Program-made: the position numbers and the translations under genes | Part shown: positions 1 to 10,895 of the stretch, piece after piece | Position numbering within the stretch: the first letter of the stretch is position 1 | Layout: every line of letters begins with the position of its first letter | The notes under the pieces: model-generated | Databases searched by the model: none | Seen by the model: the letters and a program-made list of their open reading frames with translations, nothing else | What the model was told of the DNA's origin: nothing | NCBI GenBank assembly: GCA_032718475.1 | Contig: JAUCBJ010007025.1 | Span: forward strand, 6,365 to 70,364 | Length of the DNA: 64,000 nucleotides | Direction of reading: 5' to 3' | Source of the DNA: Nemertoderma westbladi | Taxonomy: Eukaryota > Animalia > Xenacoelomorpha

Positions 1-638
1 ACTCTAGGATCGTTAGAGCCGAGTGAGCATAGGTGATACGTCAAACAAGTTTCGCTCGAAACTCCAGTAAATATAACGAACACAACTGTGTTTAACACAA
101 CGTTTCCGTGGATGTTTATGTCTTTCCGTTTATTGGCTGGGTCTAGGGCATTTACCGTAATAATACCAAAGACGCACGTCTGGTAGGGGAAACGCGGGTG
201 ATATTTATTTGTTGTTACAATGCTTCTATCAAGAATTCCAAATATATGTTGGAGTTACCGCGTTTATTTGTTTCTTTAATGTCTTTTCTTTCGAGCCGAT
301 TTCGAATAGAATTTTCGCATTCGAATTTCAGTTTATGGTTCCGACTCCGCTGGGCAGGATATATAGTCGACATAGTCCGTATTGTGTAAATCGATAGGAT
401 GACCAGTAGTTAAGAAGCCCATATACGTACCATTACGCTGCGTATATCGAGCAGCGAATTTTCTATAGTCCAACTCGCGCGCGAGCTGCTCTTGGGACAT
501 TGGCGGTTCGATATAACGACCATCGTCCTCCGCAGCAGTTGGACTAACGTCGCCGCGTATTAAGCTATCAACAAACGCTTGCAAAAGTAGAGTATATCGC
601 TCCCCGATACCAAGAACATCTTCTATCAACTCCGTCAT
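1..638 (-). pseudogene. Decayed 5' part of the accessory ORF3 (homolog of 42628-46881)
   Basis: MTELIEDVLGIGERYTLLLQAFVDSLIRGD matches the ORF3 N-terminus; a deletion near 365 leads to a stop at 333, and further stops and deletions follow while homology persists (FPLPDVRLWYY, SFERNLFDVSP). Confidence 0.88.
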
Positions 639-2299
639 GTCTGCTATATATGAGTTTATCCACATTATAAGGAGTTTATATTCAGGCTAGCGAGCGTCGC
701 TGCCTACTCCAATTAACCCCCGGACAGTACGAGATCCTCAGCGCCGATGTGTCGTCGCCGCTGTACTTTCGCCAACGACGTAGCCGCACAACGACAACGA
801 CAACCGACACAAGTCACTCGACTGTCCGTCCCAAAGACTTAGATGTACTTCAGGTTTTCCTTGGAGAGTTAGGTTACTTTTACGATTGCGACTAGCTACT
901 GTAAACACACCTTAGCAGTAACATTCACCTATAAACTCACAAATACCACACACACAACTTGTCACAAATTACACACATTCGGGCCATTTGTCCGTTAGTC
1001 AATGCCTTCCAGAATGTCACTGTATTATTATGTATCCTTGGATACTAGTAGTGCGCTATTTATTCCCTATGCTATTCAATGGGACAAGCTTTCTATTGTT
1101 CTTTTAACTCAATTCTAATTCTAGCGTGGTTGTTGCTATGGTGACATTATGCAAAGCTAGCGGTAGAATTAGGGTAATTCCAATGCATACAGATCTGGGA
1201 TGTTATTTAATAGTATTCTTTAATAGTCAATGTTCTGTTTTATACATGACTTTATGAATTTTATCGGCTATTGACTATGTTTGGGAGACTTTCGCACACT
1301 CATACGCATAATAAGATAAATCTCCGCTCCCTTGATCTATTAATTAATGGAATTTTGGGAACTTTATAAATTGCGTAAAAATGGCAATTTATTAAATTCA
1401 TTAAAAGGCATGAATTTAAATTTATTCCCTGAAATTTTATTATTTGATAATTAAATGGACATATTTTGATTCTAGAACATGTCTAGGGACACAAGATCCT
1501 TAATTCTATGACAATTGTCTTTTTAAGAATATCGGTAAATGCTACGATATCTTAATTGACTAGAATTGTTGAAGGATCTGAATTTTACAGATTTTGATTT
1601 ATTAGATTTGCAAATATTAAATAATTAATATTTGAGATGGGCACCGATTTATTCCAGAACTTGTCTGGGGACGTTAACCACTGATTCTAGAATTTGTCTT
1701 TCAAGTATATCGGTGGGTGCCGCGATATCTTAATCGACTAGAATTACAGATGGTCAAAGGGTTTAACAGATTTATTTTGCGTTATACGCTACTGTTAAAG
1801 GGACATCACGCTACTATATGTATTATTTAATATACGGTATGAGAGCAATATCGCACGAAGCAATGTCAGTGTGAAGAGGCAAGTCGTTTCCAAGGTCTAC
1901 CCAGAGCTTGGTTTAGCCGAGACACGAGGATCTGAACTTTGCATTCCTAATACTCTGCCTACCAATAATACTTAAATATAGTAGTGGCTTTATTGTACTT
2001 TAATAAGTACGGACATTTCATCTTACTGTAGTTACGTATTTATAATATAATACGGACAGTAAGGAAAGAGAAAAAGTAATTATTTCTTCGCCGTCGCACT
2101 AAATATAATATAAGTAATTACGTACGTAATAAACACGAATATATATTGCACTAATCTACTAAATAATCGCTAAAATAACATTCTACTGAATAAAATTAAA
2201 GAAAACGATTATAATAAAATTACATAGTAATACATACATAAATATAAAAATAATAAAATAATATAAAATAATAGAGTCACACACCCACTCCATATGTTG

Positions 2300-5200
2300 T
2301 TACGTTATGGAGTCCCTAGATGTTTGAAGGATTAGGGAGGTGGTCGTGGGATGAGAATCTTGCCTTCCACAGTTTCCGGAGAGTCCTCCATTCCCTTCCG
2401 GTAAACACAAACGACCGACTGGGTGATTGAGTCGCTGCATCCTGAATACAATTCCAGGTTTCCTCTTCGTCCTGGAATAGTGACGATAGAAACATCGCTC
2501 AAAGTATATGACGGCGTCACAAAGCCGATTCCAGGAGCTATAGTGGTCCGTCGCTCTCTGCAGGAGAGGTGAGAGTCCCTGCGAGACGTCTGATGTTCCA
2601 GAGCTCCAATCGCTCTCTCTGATCTTCATGAAGGATCCACTCGCGGAGGGGAGGCCCAGATCCACGGCGTCGTCCCTGGCAACATGTAATACCGACAGAT
2701 CTATCCCGGGTTCAAATAACTCCGATCCACCCGTCCGGGTTTCAGGTTCGACTTTCTCCGCTCCCTTGGCTGGTCTAATCTCAGTCGGAGTAAGATGGGG
2801 AGGCCATTCATTCTCCTTACTCAGGAAGTCGGGTTCACCTAACCGGTCTATAGTATCTGTCAGTTCTTGAGGAGTTGCTCCTCTGGAAGCGATGTCCGTT
2901 GGATTAAACTTCTTGGGGCAATATCTCCATTGATCTACATTGGAGCTAAGATTGTCATTATCTGAGGAGTGTGGTGTTCCCTCAGTTGGGTCGTCTCCCT
3001 CACTAGTATCATCTTCCCATTCACTCACCTGGCAGACGCGATCTTGAAGCAGTCTTTCCCTGAGCGTTCTACGGGAAGGTCCAGTAAGGTACCAACCTAC
3101 TCTAGTTCTTACCGCATAGGTCTGTAGGGGCTGCGGTTGAGCAGGCCGTTTCTCTAATGTCTCCAGCGCCTCATGCGCGTTTTGGCCGATGAGTATTTGC
3201 ACTCCAGGATAATCAGTCTGGAATCGAGGTATGTTAAGATGTTGGATGCTCTCATCCTCGTCCCAATTATAAAGGTCTGCTTGAGTAGTAGCGAAGTTCT
3301 TTATAGCCACCATTTTCACTGACCTGATGCTATGTTCTCCTAGTTCGTCCTGGGGGGTGGACAACTCACCTATATAATAGTCGGCAGCTACAGTAGAATT
3401 CCAAACCTGCATGATCCCTGACATGTTTAGCTTGGTTCGGAACTTGGGTTGTCCAGCAAAGATGACTTCGGCTAGTTCCCTATCGATGAATGTTCCTGTG
3501 CTACCGGAGTCCAGGAGGGCGTTCACTATATAGCTCTTCTGAGGTCCGTGGACCCGTAACTGGACTACAGGAAACTCTCGGATTCCTATATTGGAAGTTG
3601 GCGCTTTCCAAGATGGTTGTTGATCGGAAGTAGTTAAGGTAAGGTCGCTGTCTGTGTCTTTCTCATGTACGAGTGCTCGATACACTGCGGTGGTGTTTAT
3701 TAGGTAACAGGATTCGTTTTGGTCGGAGAACTCGTCCGTATAGAATCCTTCCATCTCAGATTGATCAGTGTCGTTCACATCACTGAATTGGACATGTAGT
3801 TCGGACTCACTTACCTGACGCGGGCTGTTTCGTTCGAATTCCGTGTGCAACAAGATATTATGTTTTGCGCCGCACTTCGCACACCTTGCGTCGGAGTTAC
3901 AGGTTCGCCGTTGGTGTCCTCGTCTGAGGCAATTATAACACAACCGCTTATCCCACATGACTTCACGTCTATCCTTTAGTGATTTCCTCAGGAATTTATC
4001 ACACGCATTTAAACGGTGGGGCCCGTCGCACAGCACACATTTCGGCTTGATGTTACTTACTTTAACCTGTGCTATGTGGTGCACACTTGTTCTTTCCTCG
4101 GGCTTTCTCACCTGAATTCCTTTAGGAGACGTAGGAGGGGTTTTTTGTACCGGTTCCCTTCTGTCATTGGGTCGAGACTTGGATTTACTTACCTGTTCTT
4201 TAGGCATTTTATTGACATAATAAGGCCTGTCAGTGTCTTTCCCGCTGTCCTCTCCTTGAGAGGTTTGGCTTTCACCGTCGTCGGTATAACATACTGGTGT
4301 TACCCTTCTCCTAGAAACGGGTTTCTCACTTACCTTGTTTTCCAATGCCTTCTCTCTGGACTGCCTTAGGAGCTGTAATTTCACTTCTCTATCTAAGAAT
4401 GACATGAGATCAGTCATGGTAGGGTCTCGTCGTTGTTGTTCCATCATATATAACACCTTCTTATCCCAGCGTGTACCTACTCCACCCTTGGGCAAAGCAG
4501 ATGCTAAGGCTCTTACAACCATAGAATTCTGGTATTCATGAGACTTACCTAGCCAATCTAATTGTCTACAGATCTCCTGAATCTCATCGGAAAACTCTAT
4601 AATCCCGCTGCTAAGAAACTTTTGGGGCGCCATTAATTTTGCATACAAATACCCAGCTATGTCATTCCTATTACCATACCTGATATTTAGTGTATCCCAA
4701 ACTTGTCTTAATCCGTCTGGATGTCCAATAAACTTTAACGCCATTAACTTGGGAGATCCTTCCAAGCACTCGATGAGGTATCTAAGTTTTTCTCCATTAG
4801 ATAGTACAGAGTTCTGTATGTTATCTTTGTAATATTCATTAAAAGGTAACCATTTCATCTCATCTCCATTGAACTTAACGATCTCTCCCACCTTTACCGC
4901 TTGCCGGGCTTCGGTTCTAGCCATTTGACGCGTAAAACTTTCTTGGGCCATCGCGCTATTTAATATCGAGTTATCGGTATATAAATTTCTCGGATTATGA
5001 TCAGTTCTATAGGGAATATCATTATCAACAGGTCTATAATTACCCTTAATAGGGTTCACTATAGGAGTTTCTACTTCGCTAGCAGTGTATATGCGTGTAG
5101 GCTCCACACCTTGCGCATGCAATACTTCAGACCTAACAGGTTGACACATTGTTACAGAGGGTGGTGGTATATCCCTTTGTATGTTCACTAATTTATCGCA

Positions 5201-5371
5201 TTCTAACGCGATACTTTGCTGCACCTTTTGCAACTCTAACCTACTTTCCCTTACTGTTCCCTTGAGCTGCTGAACAGTCTCTTCCATTTCCCGGACCTGC
5301 TGAGAGGAGCACAAACAGTGTTCCCTCAGCTGCTCAAGCAGGAGACCCATCTCAGACAAACAAACAGACAT
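2300..5371 (-). CDS. BEL/Pao Gag-protease polyprotein (1023 aa) with short in-frame remnants of the RNase H and integrase C-termini
   Basis: Gag core (KFNGDEMKWLPF, EKLRYLIECL), triple zinc knuckle CVLC..H..C / CYNC..H..C / CAKC..H, protease ALLDSGS, then QWRYCP..NPTDIASRG and PVGRLCL. Confidence 0.9.
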   Translation of the reverse strand: MSVCLSEMGLLLEQLREHCLCSSQQVREMEETVQQLKGTVRESRLELQKVQQSIALECDKLVNIQRDIPPPSVTMCQPVRSEVLHAQGVEPTRIYTASEVETPIVNPIKGNYRPVDNDIPYRTDHNPRNLYTDNSILNSAMAQESFTRQMARTEARQAVKVGEIVKFNGDEMKWLPFNEYYKDNIQNSVLSNGEKLRYLIECLEGSPKLMALKFIGHPDGLRQVWDTLNIRYGNRNDIAGYLYAKLMAPQKFLSSGIIEFSDEIQEICRQLDWLGKSHEYQNSMVVRALASALPKGGVGTRWDKKVLYMMEQQRRDPTMTDLMSFLDREVKLQLLRQSREKALENKVSEKPVSRRRVTPVCYTDDGESQTSQGEDSGKDTDRPYYVNKMPKEQVSKSKSRPNDRREPVQKTPPTSPKGIQVRKPEERTSVHHIAQVKVSNIKPKCVLCDGPHRLNACDKFLRKSLKDRREVMWDKRLCYNCLRRGHQRRTCNSDARCAKCGAKHNILLHTEFERNSPRQVSESELHVQFSDVNDTDQSEMEGFYTDEFSDQNESCYLINTTAVYRALVHEKDTDSDLTLTTSDQQPSWKAPTSNIGIREFPVVQLRVHGPQKSYIVNALLDSGSTGTFIDRELAEVIFAGQPKFRTKLNMSGIMQVWNSTVAADYYIGELSTPQDELGEHSIRSVKMVAIKNFATTQADLYNWDEDESIQHLNIPRFQTDYPGVQILIGQNAHEALETLEKRPAQPQPLQTYAVRTRVGWYLTGPSRRTLRERLLQDRVCQVSEWEDDTSEGDDPTEGTPHSSDNDNLSSNVDQWRYCPKKFNPTDIASRGATPQELTDTIDRLGEPDFLSKENEWPPHLTPTEIRPAKGAEKVEPETRTGGSELFEPGIDLSVLHVARDDAVDLGLPSASGSFMKIRESDWSSGTSDVSQGLSPLLQRATDHYSSWNRLCDAVIYFERCFYRHYSRTKRKPGIVFRMQRLNHPVGRLCLPEGNGGLSGNCGRQDSHPTTTSLILQTSRDSIT

Positions 5372-6734
5372 TTTTGTTTGTACAGTTGAATGCCTACTGC
5401 TATATTACAGTCTAAGCAAGTCTAGTAATTCAGTATTAACTGATAGCCTAGTAATTAATTACCGGTACCGGTAGCGTGATATATATAATATATTAGAATA
5501 CCGGTATGCTTATAGTATATATAACTATTATTACAGACTAGGTTTATCACAGAATACCGGTATAATTTTAGCACAAATATATATAAATATATAATAGGCC
5601 TATCGGGAATACCGGTATACAGCTTACAGTTTGTAGTATATATAATTCTGGACTAGAATTAATTACAAGTACCGGTATAGTTTCAGCCTAGATTTATAGA
5701 AATAAGATAATAGGCCTATCGTAAATACCGGTATATCAATTATTTTAGAATAATTGAATTTCTGAACTTTAGGGTTACTTGGTTACTTTAACTTACTTTA
5801 TTACCGTTATTTAAGCAGTAATCCAACTGATATTGAGACCTAATGGTTTTATGGTATGCCTACTATTTATAAATCGTTGGATTTGATTTATAATATATAT
5901 ACCCGTTTTAATGGGTTTTGTCTATGTTTGAAATAAATGTTATTATTTCTGGGGAGTAATCACTACACAAAGCGGTGCGCTTTCAGTGAATTGTTACGTA
6001 CAGGACACTAAAACAAATAATACTAATTTACCTAAGTTACTTAATACTACAAATTACGTACAATTCGGGTTGAGATTACGATCTCTAAATAAACACAAAA
6101 ATTTACAAAAACACAAATACGAATTTTTAGGGTATTTTTACAAGAAGTCTACAAACCAGCCTAACAAAGGGTTAGAAAACCGGTTATTACAACGGACAGG
6201 GTACTACGGTATTTGAAATAATAAGTAGTAGTAAATACACTGCGTTGTCTAGATAGGAAAATACCACCGCCTGACGACCTATAGCCGTATCGCTATAGGT
6301 TCTACGTTATGTATCACGGAGTGTTCCTACCTAGAAGTTAATAGAGCTAATCGAATGTGCCTATCAACCACTTTACAACACAAATATAATGTCTACAATA
6401 ATTACTTCGGAAAGCACTGTACACTAAACCCTAAATTAGGTACAAGTACTTGTACAACAGATAATCAGTAGTTAAATATACTTGAACAGCTAAAAGAACC
6501 ATGGCATCTGCTAGAGTGACCGATGCACAAAATCACCAGTCTTTACCTACGCCGAGCAGCCCGTGTAGTACCGGGGTTAATTTAACTATAGCGGTATGTA
6601 TAACAAACACAATTACTGTAGGAACAAACTTGGGGAATGAATGTTGCGGATAATCGCATAAACTCTGAATAATAAATATTACGCTACGCGTACAAACTAC
6701 TCAAACAAAATACAGACCGAACACTGACAGACTA

Positions 6735-7240
6735 CTATCAAGCCCAAACAAACTACGGTATATGCAGACTCCGAAATGATTAGGGAGTATGCGCTCTAAC
6801 CCAGTAGTGCGACTTATTCTTTAGTTGGGGGATTACCTTACAGCGTTCGCTGCCCCTACTGCCTAATCGTACTTAATCGGACAGATGATCTACACACGCG
6901 GCAATCCGTTCAGACCTAATAACAGCCAGACAACTATCCAGCCTACAAATTATCTAAATAAAATTATACGCTACCCGTACAGACTTACACAAACAAAGTA
7001 CAGACTAAACGATGGCAGACCACTCTCAAGCCTAAATAAACCACAGGACATGCAGACTCCGAAATGATTAGGGAGTATGCGCTCTAACCCAGTAGTGCGA
7101 CTTATTCTTTAGTTGGGGAATTACCTTACAGCGTTCGCTGCCCCTACTGCCTAATCGTACTTAATCGGACAGGTGATCTACACACACTGCAATTCGTTCG
7201 GACTTAACAGCAATCAGACAACAGCTCAGCCTACAAATCG
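6735..7240. repeat. Tandem duplication (unit about 285 bp) in the BEL 5' UTR
   Basis: atgcagactccgaaatgattagggagtatgcgctctaacccagtag occurs at about 6762 and 7050; the same duplication is at about 58147 and 58435 in the full-length copy. Confidence 0.85.
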
Positions 7241-7535
7241 TCTGTACAATCTGATCAGGCTTACACGCCTTCTGTTCAATACTGGCCTACAAATAAATAA
7301 AACTTGACAGAAATAAGTAAACCATATAAAGGTATAAGGGGTGATCAATCCCTAATCCCTTAAACAGCCTACCGGTATACAACAATCAAATCGAATAATA
7401 CTAGTGTACTTATACTGAAGTACCGGTTAGAACAGTTAGGCCTACTGACCTACAGAATGTACCGGTTCAGGTTTACCGGTTGACCGGTACTTTCAACTTT
7501 ATTGCTTACTGCAACAAAGAAGCTATATCCTTTAA

Positions 7536-8730
7536 TGTTCGCGCTTTCAGACCTTTGGCAGTTTAACCCGCCAAATTAAGATGTCTTCTAGATATTAAAT
7601 CGCTTTTTAGCCTATGACAAGTATTTGATTCACTACACTAGTCGAAACCAATCCGTGCGCGACCATTCACCCGCTGGATATTCCCGGGAGATTGGGTTCG
7701 ACGGTTTAATTTTGTTGCTATGTAAGCCTAATGTATTATTCGACTGACAGTATTATATAATCTCTGACAATATTATTTACCTTCGGGAATATTAACAGTT
7801 CCTTTAGGACGTGGCGCTTTATCTACATAAACAGAGTTATGACTTAAACTACTCACAACGATATGGCTTAATTATAATTCACATATATGGCGCATTCTTT
7901 AGGAATGCTTCTTTAACAGACTCACTCATACACAATGCTGCACAATACTGCACACTAATCTGCCGATCTTCACTGATTTTAGTCACATATAAAAGGAACA
8001 CAGACTGACTCATGTAGGGTCTATCAAATAACATTAGATTCACTTCAAACCACTTTAACATAAGTCACAATCGTTTATCTGTAACCTTTCTCTCTTACCT
8101 TCGGTATATCAAGAATATTGGGTGTCGGGGTTATTTCTCGTTATTCCAATATAATAATTCATCAACAAATATAATGAATAACCGACAACAAATAGCAGTA
8201 TGCAGTATTCACAAAGCCAGTTATGCAGTACTGCAGTATGCAGTGATTACGAAATTGCAGAGTGTTTGTTTCGTCAGTTAAAGGATATATGTCCTTGTAA
8301 TTAAACCTACTAGTGTTGAGCTAAAAAGCATAAAACATAAAACACTAAAAGCCGTTCTTTCGTGGCTTTGAAAAACTCGTGACTACTGCTCTATACGAGT
8401 ATACCAACCACTCTTATTCCACGAAGCTCCCGTTCAACACAGAGAAAGAGCAGTGAGATAGGAAATTTTCAGTTCAGTACTCTGTGATTGGTCAAAATCA
8501 AGACTAACTCAAAATTCTATTGGGAGATACAAAAACAAGGCTATGACGCAACCTCCCTAGGCTTGTTGGCCGATTAAACAGAGCCCAGATGCCTGCGTAC
8601 AGCAAATCAGCCAATAAGCTGGTAACTTGCACTATTTTTAGCTGTAGATCACTTTGAGAGTATTCTTAGCGACTGGGGGGGAACTGGCCAACAAGGCAAA
8701 CGAATCAGTTATCCCACAAAAGCTTTTACA
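7536..8730 (-). repeat. 5' LTR of the deleted BEL copy (about 1.2 kb)
   Basis: Termini TGTAAAAGC...GCGCGAACA on the minus strand are shared with 41350-42549 and 58994-60173. Confidence 0.9.
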
Positions 8731-9105
8731 CCCCCCCTTCCTACCAACCAATACATAACCGCGACATCTACCACCCAAAGGGGCGGAAGGGTAGCATAAA
8801 CTTATTTCCAATCACACGTTCAATATGCGAAGCCATGTGGTTTATAGGAAATATCGAGAATTCAAGAATATGAGAAACTCGATCGAAATACCTGCTCATC
8901 CCAGTATCCGTCCGTAGTCACCGGACAGCTGCGGTTTATTCCCGTAGAACAGTAGAATTCCCGCAGCTTCCGACCCAATTCAACAACGAATTCGCCTCAC
9001 ACTTTCTTGTGGCAGAAAACGTAATCCAGTGCGATACACATCTGCCCGACTTTCAACAATTTCCCCCAGGCGATCCCAGGATCCGGCTGTCCGGGCCACC
9101 GCTAA

Positions 9106-9378
9106 ACCCAAATCGCAATCCTCATAAATAATAATAATAAAAAACTCATCCGCGAGCAATGCATTAATGCTGTCCAGCATACAACCTCGGCCAATCAGTG
9201 GCGAGGTCGGAGTCGCTATAAGAAGAAGAGTAACTACCAGCACTCCAAGTCCGCCATATCTACAGACAGGAACCGGGGTACCTCTAACTACAACGTACGG
9301 GAAACAATCCATCAAGTGAAACAGCGGGGGGAATGTTTAAACTGCTGGGGTCAGTACCCCCACCAGGATAATAACTGT
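9106..9378 (+). pseudogene. Retroelement gag zinc-knuckle fragment
   Basis: The plus frame reads VRETIHQVKQRGECLNCWGQYPHQDNNC; no start codon; appears truncated by the adjacent LTR. Confidence 0.4.
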
Positions 9379-10765
9379 TGCCGTTATTCCCAACACCAGG
9401 GGGGAAAACGCCGATGCTGGTGGCGGAATTTTCAGACCACTTGATTCTGGCCAGTCACCGGGTATTGGGAGTGGAGAAGGAGATATTATCTGAGATGCAG
9501 GATTGCGAGTAGAGAAAAAGCTGCATTGGTTGGATATAATCTTTTAATGTAACTTGAACTCTAATTGAACCCTGATTGAGAATAATTTGGGCTTCCCCAC
9601 ACCAATATACCAAATATTTACAATAATACACAAATATATAAATTCCTACAGTACATTATTTAATTACCCACTGTTCGCTTTTAGATTTTAACCTAACTAA
9701 TGATCCCCATTTTCCCTCGGTCCTAGTCCCGGTACCGTAGTGTCAGTGTCGGTCGACCCTGTTGCGTGTCCGTCCCACCCTTCCCGAACCCCGGAGGGAT
9801 CGGTCATCAGGAAAGCGGTACGGTTTGGCTAAGGGTCGGTCAGGTTGGTCGACCCTGTTGCGTGTCTATCCCACCCTTCCCGAACCCTGAAGGGATCGCT
9901 CATCAGGAAAGCGGTACGGCTTGGCTAGGGGTCTGTCAGTTTATCGCAGGGTCCCAACCACCTAAGCTTTCCGAATCCTTTTCAGGCTTGTAATCGAGTC
10001 GGTAGCCGAGAAGCTGCTCCGAATAGTCGGTAGGCCAGTAGAGTCTGGTCCTCTGTCTTTCGACCCTGTTGCGTGTCTGTCCCACCCTTCCCGAACCCTG
10101 AAGAGATCGGTCATCAGGAAAGCGGTATGGCTTGGCTAGGGGTCTGTCGGCCCGTTGTGAGTCCCAACTGTCGGAGCTTTCTGAATCCTTTTCAGGCTCG
10201 TAGTAACGCCAGTCATGGAACCCACTCCAGGAAGTCAGTCCTCGTCGAACCCTTCCTTCGTCCAGTCCTTCGTCCACTCCTTCGCTCAGTCAGCAAGCTT
10301 TCCGAATCCTTTTCAGGCTCGTAATCGCTGCCAGTGACCAGGGACCGCTAAGGATCTGTCAGTTCCCGTCGCAAATCCCTGGCGCAATCAGCAAGCTTTC
10401 CAAATCCTTTTCAGGCTTGTAATCGCTGCTGGTGGCCAGGGACCGCTAAGGGCAGTCCTTGTCCCCAGGCCTAGCGGGTTACCAACTACCGAAGTAGAAG
10501 GAGGTTGTCTAGGCCTAAATAAGTATCAGGCAACCCTGACACCTAAAGTAATGCTTGATTTTACCTCCCACCCTTGGCCCTTAAATGTCTGATATGAGTC
10601 CCGTGCCCCGTAAGTTGCCCCAATATTCGCCCATAAATCGCCCCCAGTCCATTGAGTATGCCCAAATTTTATGTTTCGCACCCAGTACTGATATTGGAAT
10701 ATTCATAATAAATAAATCCAAAAAATATTTAACTCGCGTTAGGGCAAATAGAAATACTGCAAACA
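9376..10765 (-). repeat. Putative 3' LTR of BEL family 2 (left boundary uncertain: 9376 or 9334)
   Basis: Starts TGTT after the PPT and ends GGCAACA; no second copy in the window to confirm it. Confidence 0.55.
9750..10452. repeat. Interspersed direct repeats inside the putative LTR
   Basis: Unit of about 90 bp (cgaccctgttgcgtgt...tcatcaggaaagcggta...ggcta) x3, and agctttccgaatccttttcaggct-like x4 (about 9965, 10176, 10295, 10394). Confidence 0.85.
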
Positions 10766-10895
10766 GTCCCCCCCAATGACCTTTGTGAGGTCTATCGGTA
10801 GATTGAGTTTGCGTAGGTCATTTCCCCATATAAAAAACCCAATTTTTTACTCTTGCATAGTCTTGATTAATTTGTCCCAGAGTTAGTTTATATAC

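Larger units (their letters stand above)
1..8730 (-). mobile_element. BEL/Pao LTR retrotransposon, internally deleted non-autonomous copy of the family at 41350-60173; 3' end lies outside the window
   Basis: LTR at 7536-8730, 5' UTR 5372-7535 and spacer 640-2300 all align by eye with the full-length copy; Gag-PR ORF retained; RT and IN cores absent. Confidence 0.92.

Noticed and set aside
9324-9340. PPT plus TG start of a plus-strand LTR (gcggggggaatgttt)
   Set aside because: Reads through as the zinc-knuckle codons RGECLNC; the minus-strand PPT at 10766-10775 explains the adjacent LTR better
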